From the human T2T-CHM13v2.0 reference genome, Homo sapiens: DNA of 64,000 nt. Under the pieces are notes generated by a model, which had not been told where the DNA came from, made no database searches, and saw only the letters and a program-made list of their open reading frames with translations. Shown here in pieces: positions 60,442 through 64,000 of this stretch. Position numbers and translations under genes: made by a program. The first letter of the stretch is position 1, and every line of letters starts with the position of its first letter. The DNA lies in the NCBI RefSeq assembly GCF_009914755.1, contig NC_060928.1. One strand, 5' to 3'.

Positions 60442-60906
60442 AAAAAGTGGGCAAAGGACATGAACGCTTTTCAAAAGAATATATACATGTGACCAACAAC
60501 CATAGAATACAAAGCTCAATATCACTGATCATTAGAGAAATGCAAATCAAAGGCACAGTGAGACACCATCTCACACCAGTCAGGATGGCTACTATGAAAA
60601 AGTCAAAAAATAACAGATGCTGGCAAGGTTGTGGAGAAAGAGAACACATACACTGTTGGTGGGAGTGTACATTGGTCCCACCATTGTGGAAAGCACAACA
60701 GTGCTTTCCTCGAAAGAGATAAAAGCAGAACTATCACTTGACCCAGCAATCTCACTACTGGGTATATACCCAGAGGTATATAAATTGTTCTGTCATAAGG
60801 ACACAAGCACGTAAATGTTTGTTGCAGCACTATTCACAATAGTAAAGACATGGAATCAACCTAAATGCCCAACGATGACAGATTGGATGCAGATAATATG
60901 GCACAC

Positions 60907-61486
60907 TGTGGAGGAAAAGTTAAATATTAAATTTGAACTCAATTGAACATGGACACAAACAATGGTCACTAAGTCCTGGAATGAGTTGTGTGAGCCCCTT
61001 GAGGCATCCATCCAGTGCTGCTTCGGAGAAACAGTTATTGAAAAACAACAGTTATTGAAAAACAGTTATTGAAAAACAACAGGCAATTGCAAAAACAAAT
61101 TGACCTTTTTGTGTTCCTTGAGCTCAGTTGCGAAGGGCCCTCATGACTGGGCCTCATGACAAACAACTTGTTACAAAAAGAGCTCGGTTTCCAGATCGCA
61201 CCGAAGCTTCCTGGGACCTCTCCTCATCTGTGCACGGACTAGTGGCCAATTCTGAATTCCAGGCTGTTGTTTCCCAGTCTGGTGATGAATCCTCCACAGT
61301 CTGGTGAGTGTAAATGTATATAAATGTATGTATATACTTTTTCCCTTCTCCCCTTCCCATTAAAATTTGTTTGTTGTATCATTTGCTTATTATATCTATA
61401 TTGCCATATACTCGGGGTAAAGTCTGTTTACCTTTAAAAGTATTGTGTGTTTCTTTTCTTTCCTCACACGTTTCCCACACAGAACA
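60907..61486. mobile_element. Solo LTR, LTR10-like (subfamily uncertain)
   Basis: TGTGGAGGAAAAG...AGAACA; TSD cacac/cacat; internal acagttattgaaaa repeats. Confidence 0.7.
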
Positions 61487-61789
61487 CACATATGCACCAT
61501 GGAATACTATGCAGCTACGTGTTCTCACTTGTAAATGGGAGCTAAATAATGAGAACTTATGAACACAAGGGAACAACAGACAACAGACACTGGGGGTCTA
61601 CCTGAGCGGGGAAGGTGGGAGAAGGGAGAGGAACAGAAAAGATAACTGTGGGGTACTGGGCTTAATACTTGTGTTATGAAATAATCTGTATAACAAGCCC
61701 CTGTGTTATGAGTTTATCTATGTAACAAACCTTCACATGTACCCCCAAACCTAAAATAAAACATTTTTTAAATCCTTTATGAAAGCTGT

Positions 61790-63720
<1,931 letters not shown>

Positions 63721-63744
63721 TGCATTCTGATTCTTGGGTGTGAG

Positions 63745-64000
63745 AGTAAAGCAAGACGGCAGAAAGAAGGCTCCACTGATTGTCCCTCCTGCAAGGACAC
63801 CAGATGAATAACTATTAATATCCACATAGAAAATACATTCATAAGAACCAAAAATCAGGTGAGTACTCAAAGTATCTGGTTTTAACCTCAGATCACTGAA
63901 AGAGGCACTGAAGAGACAGAAAAAACAGTCCTGAAATCACCATTTCCTTATCCCCAGCAGTGATGGCATGGTGCAGACAACAACTCTGGGTTCTGCAGGA
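63745..64000 (+). mobile_element. Start of an old L1 5'UTR
   Basis: gcaagacggcagaaagaaggctccactgattgtccc... Confidence 0.55.

Larger units (their letters stand above)
56541..61765 (+). mobile_element. Older L1PA (about L1PA13-16), 5'-truncated, with nested insertions
   Basis: ORF2 remnants 56541-58841 and 60442-60906; 3'UTR 61487-61765 ending cctaaaataaaa. Confidence 0.85.

Overview
Human (primate) genomic DNA matching the 4q35 FSHD subtelomeric region; a human-specific AluYa5 supports human origin. Left to right: FRG1 coding exons 3-9 (+, intact, canonical splice sites); a near-full-length defective L1PA element; a 5'-truncated SVA; an unprocessed MLLT10 (AF10) exon duplicon; an unprocessed FAM166A/CIMIP2A-like pseudogene (+) carrying a ~3.5 kb G-rich 10-mer VNTR in one intron; a tail-to-tail TUBB8-family beta-tubulin locus (TUBB7P/TUBB4Q, -), open for 434 codons but with ATG>ACG and no acidic tail; then a nested repeat field (ERV1 provirus, THE1/MST MaLRs, two twin-primed L1s, Alus, an LTR10-like LTR). 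The six 1200-1400 aa ORFs are VNTR artefacts. I found no wholly new biological system. The best leads are the ERV-integrase-derived, E-box-rich TUBB7P upstream region with a nearby DUX4 motif, two L1s sharing private variants including a stop codon, and the structured G4 VNTR. Gene and repeat names come from recalled sequences, not a database search.
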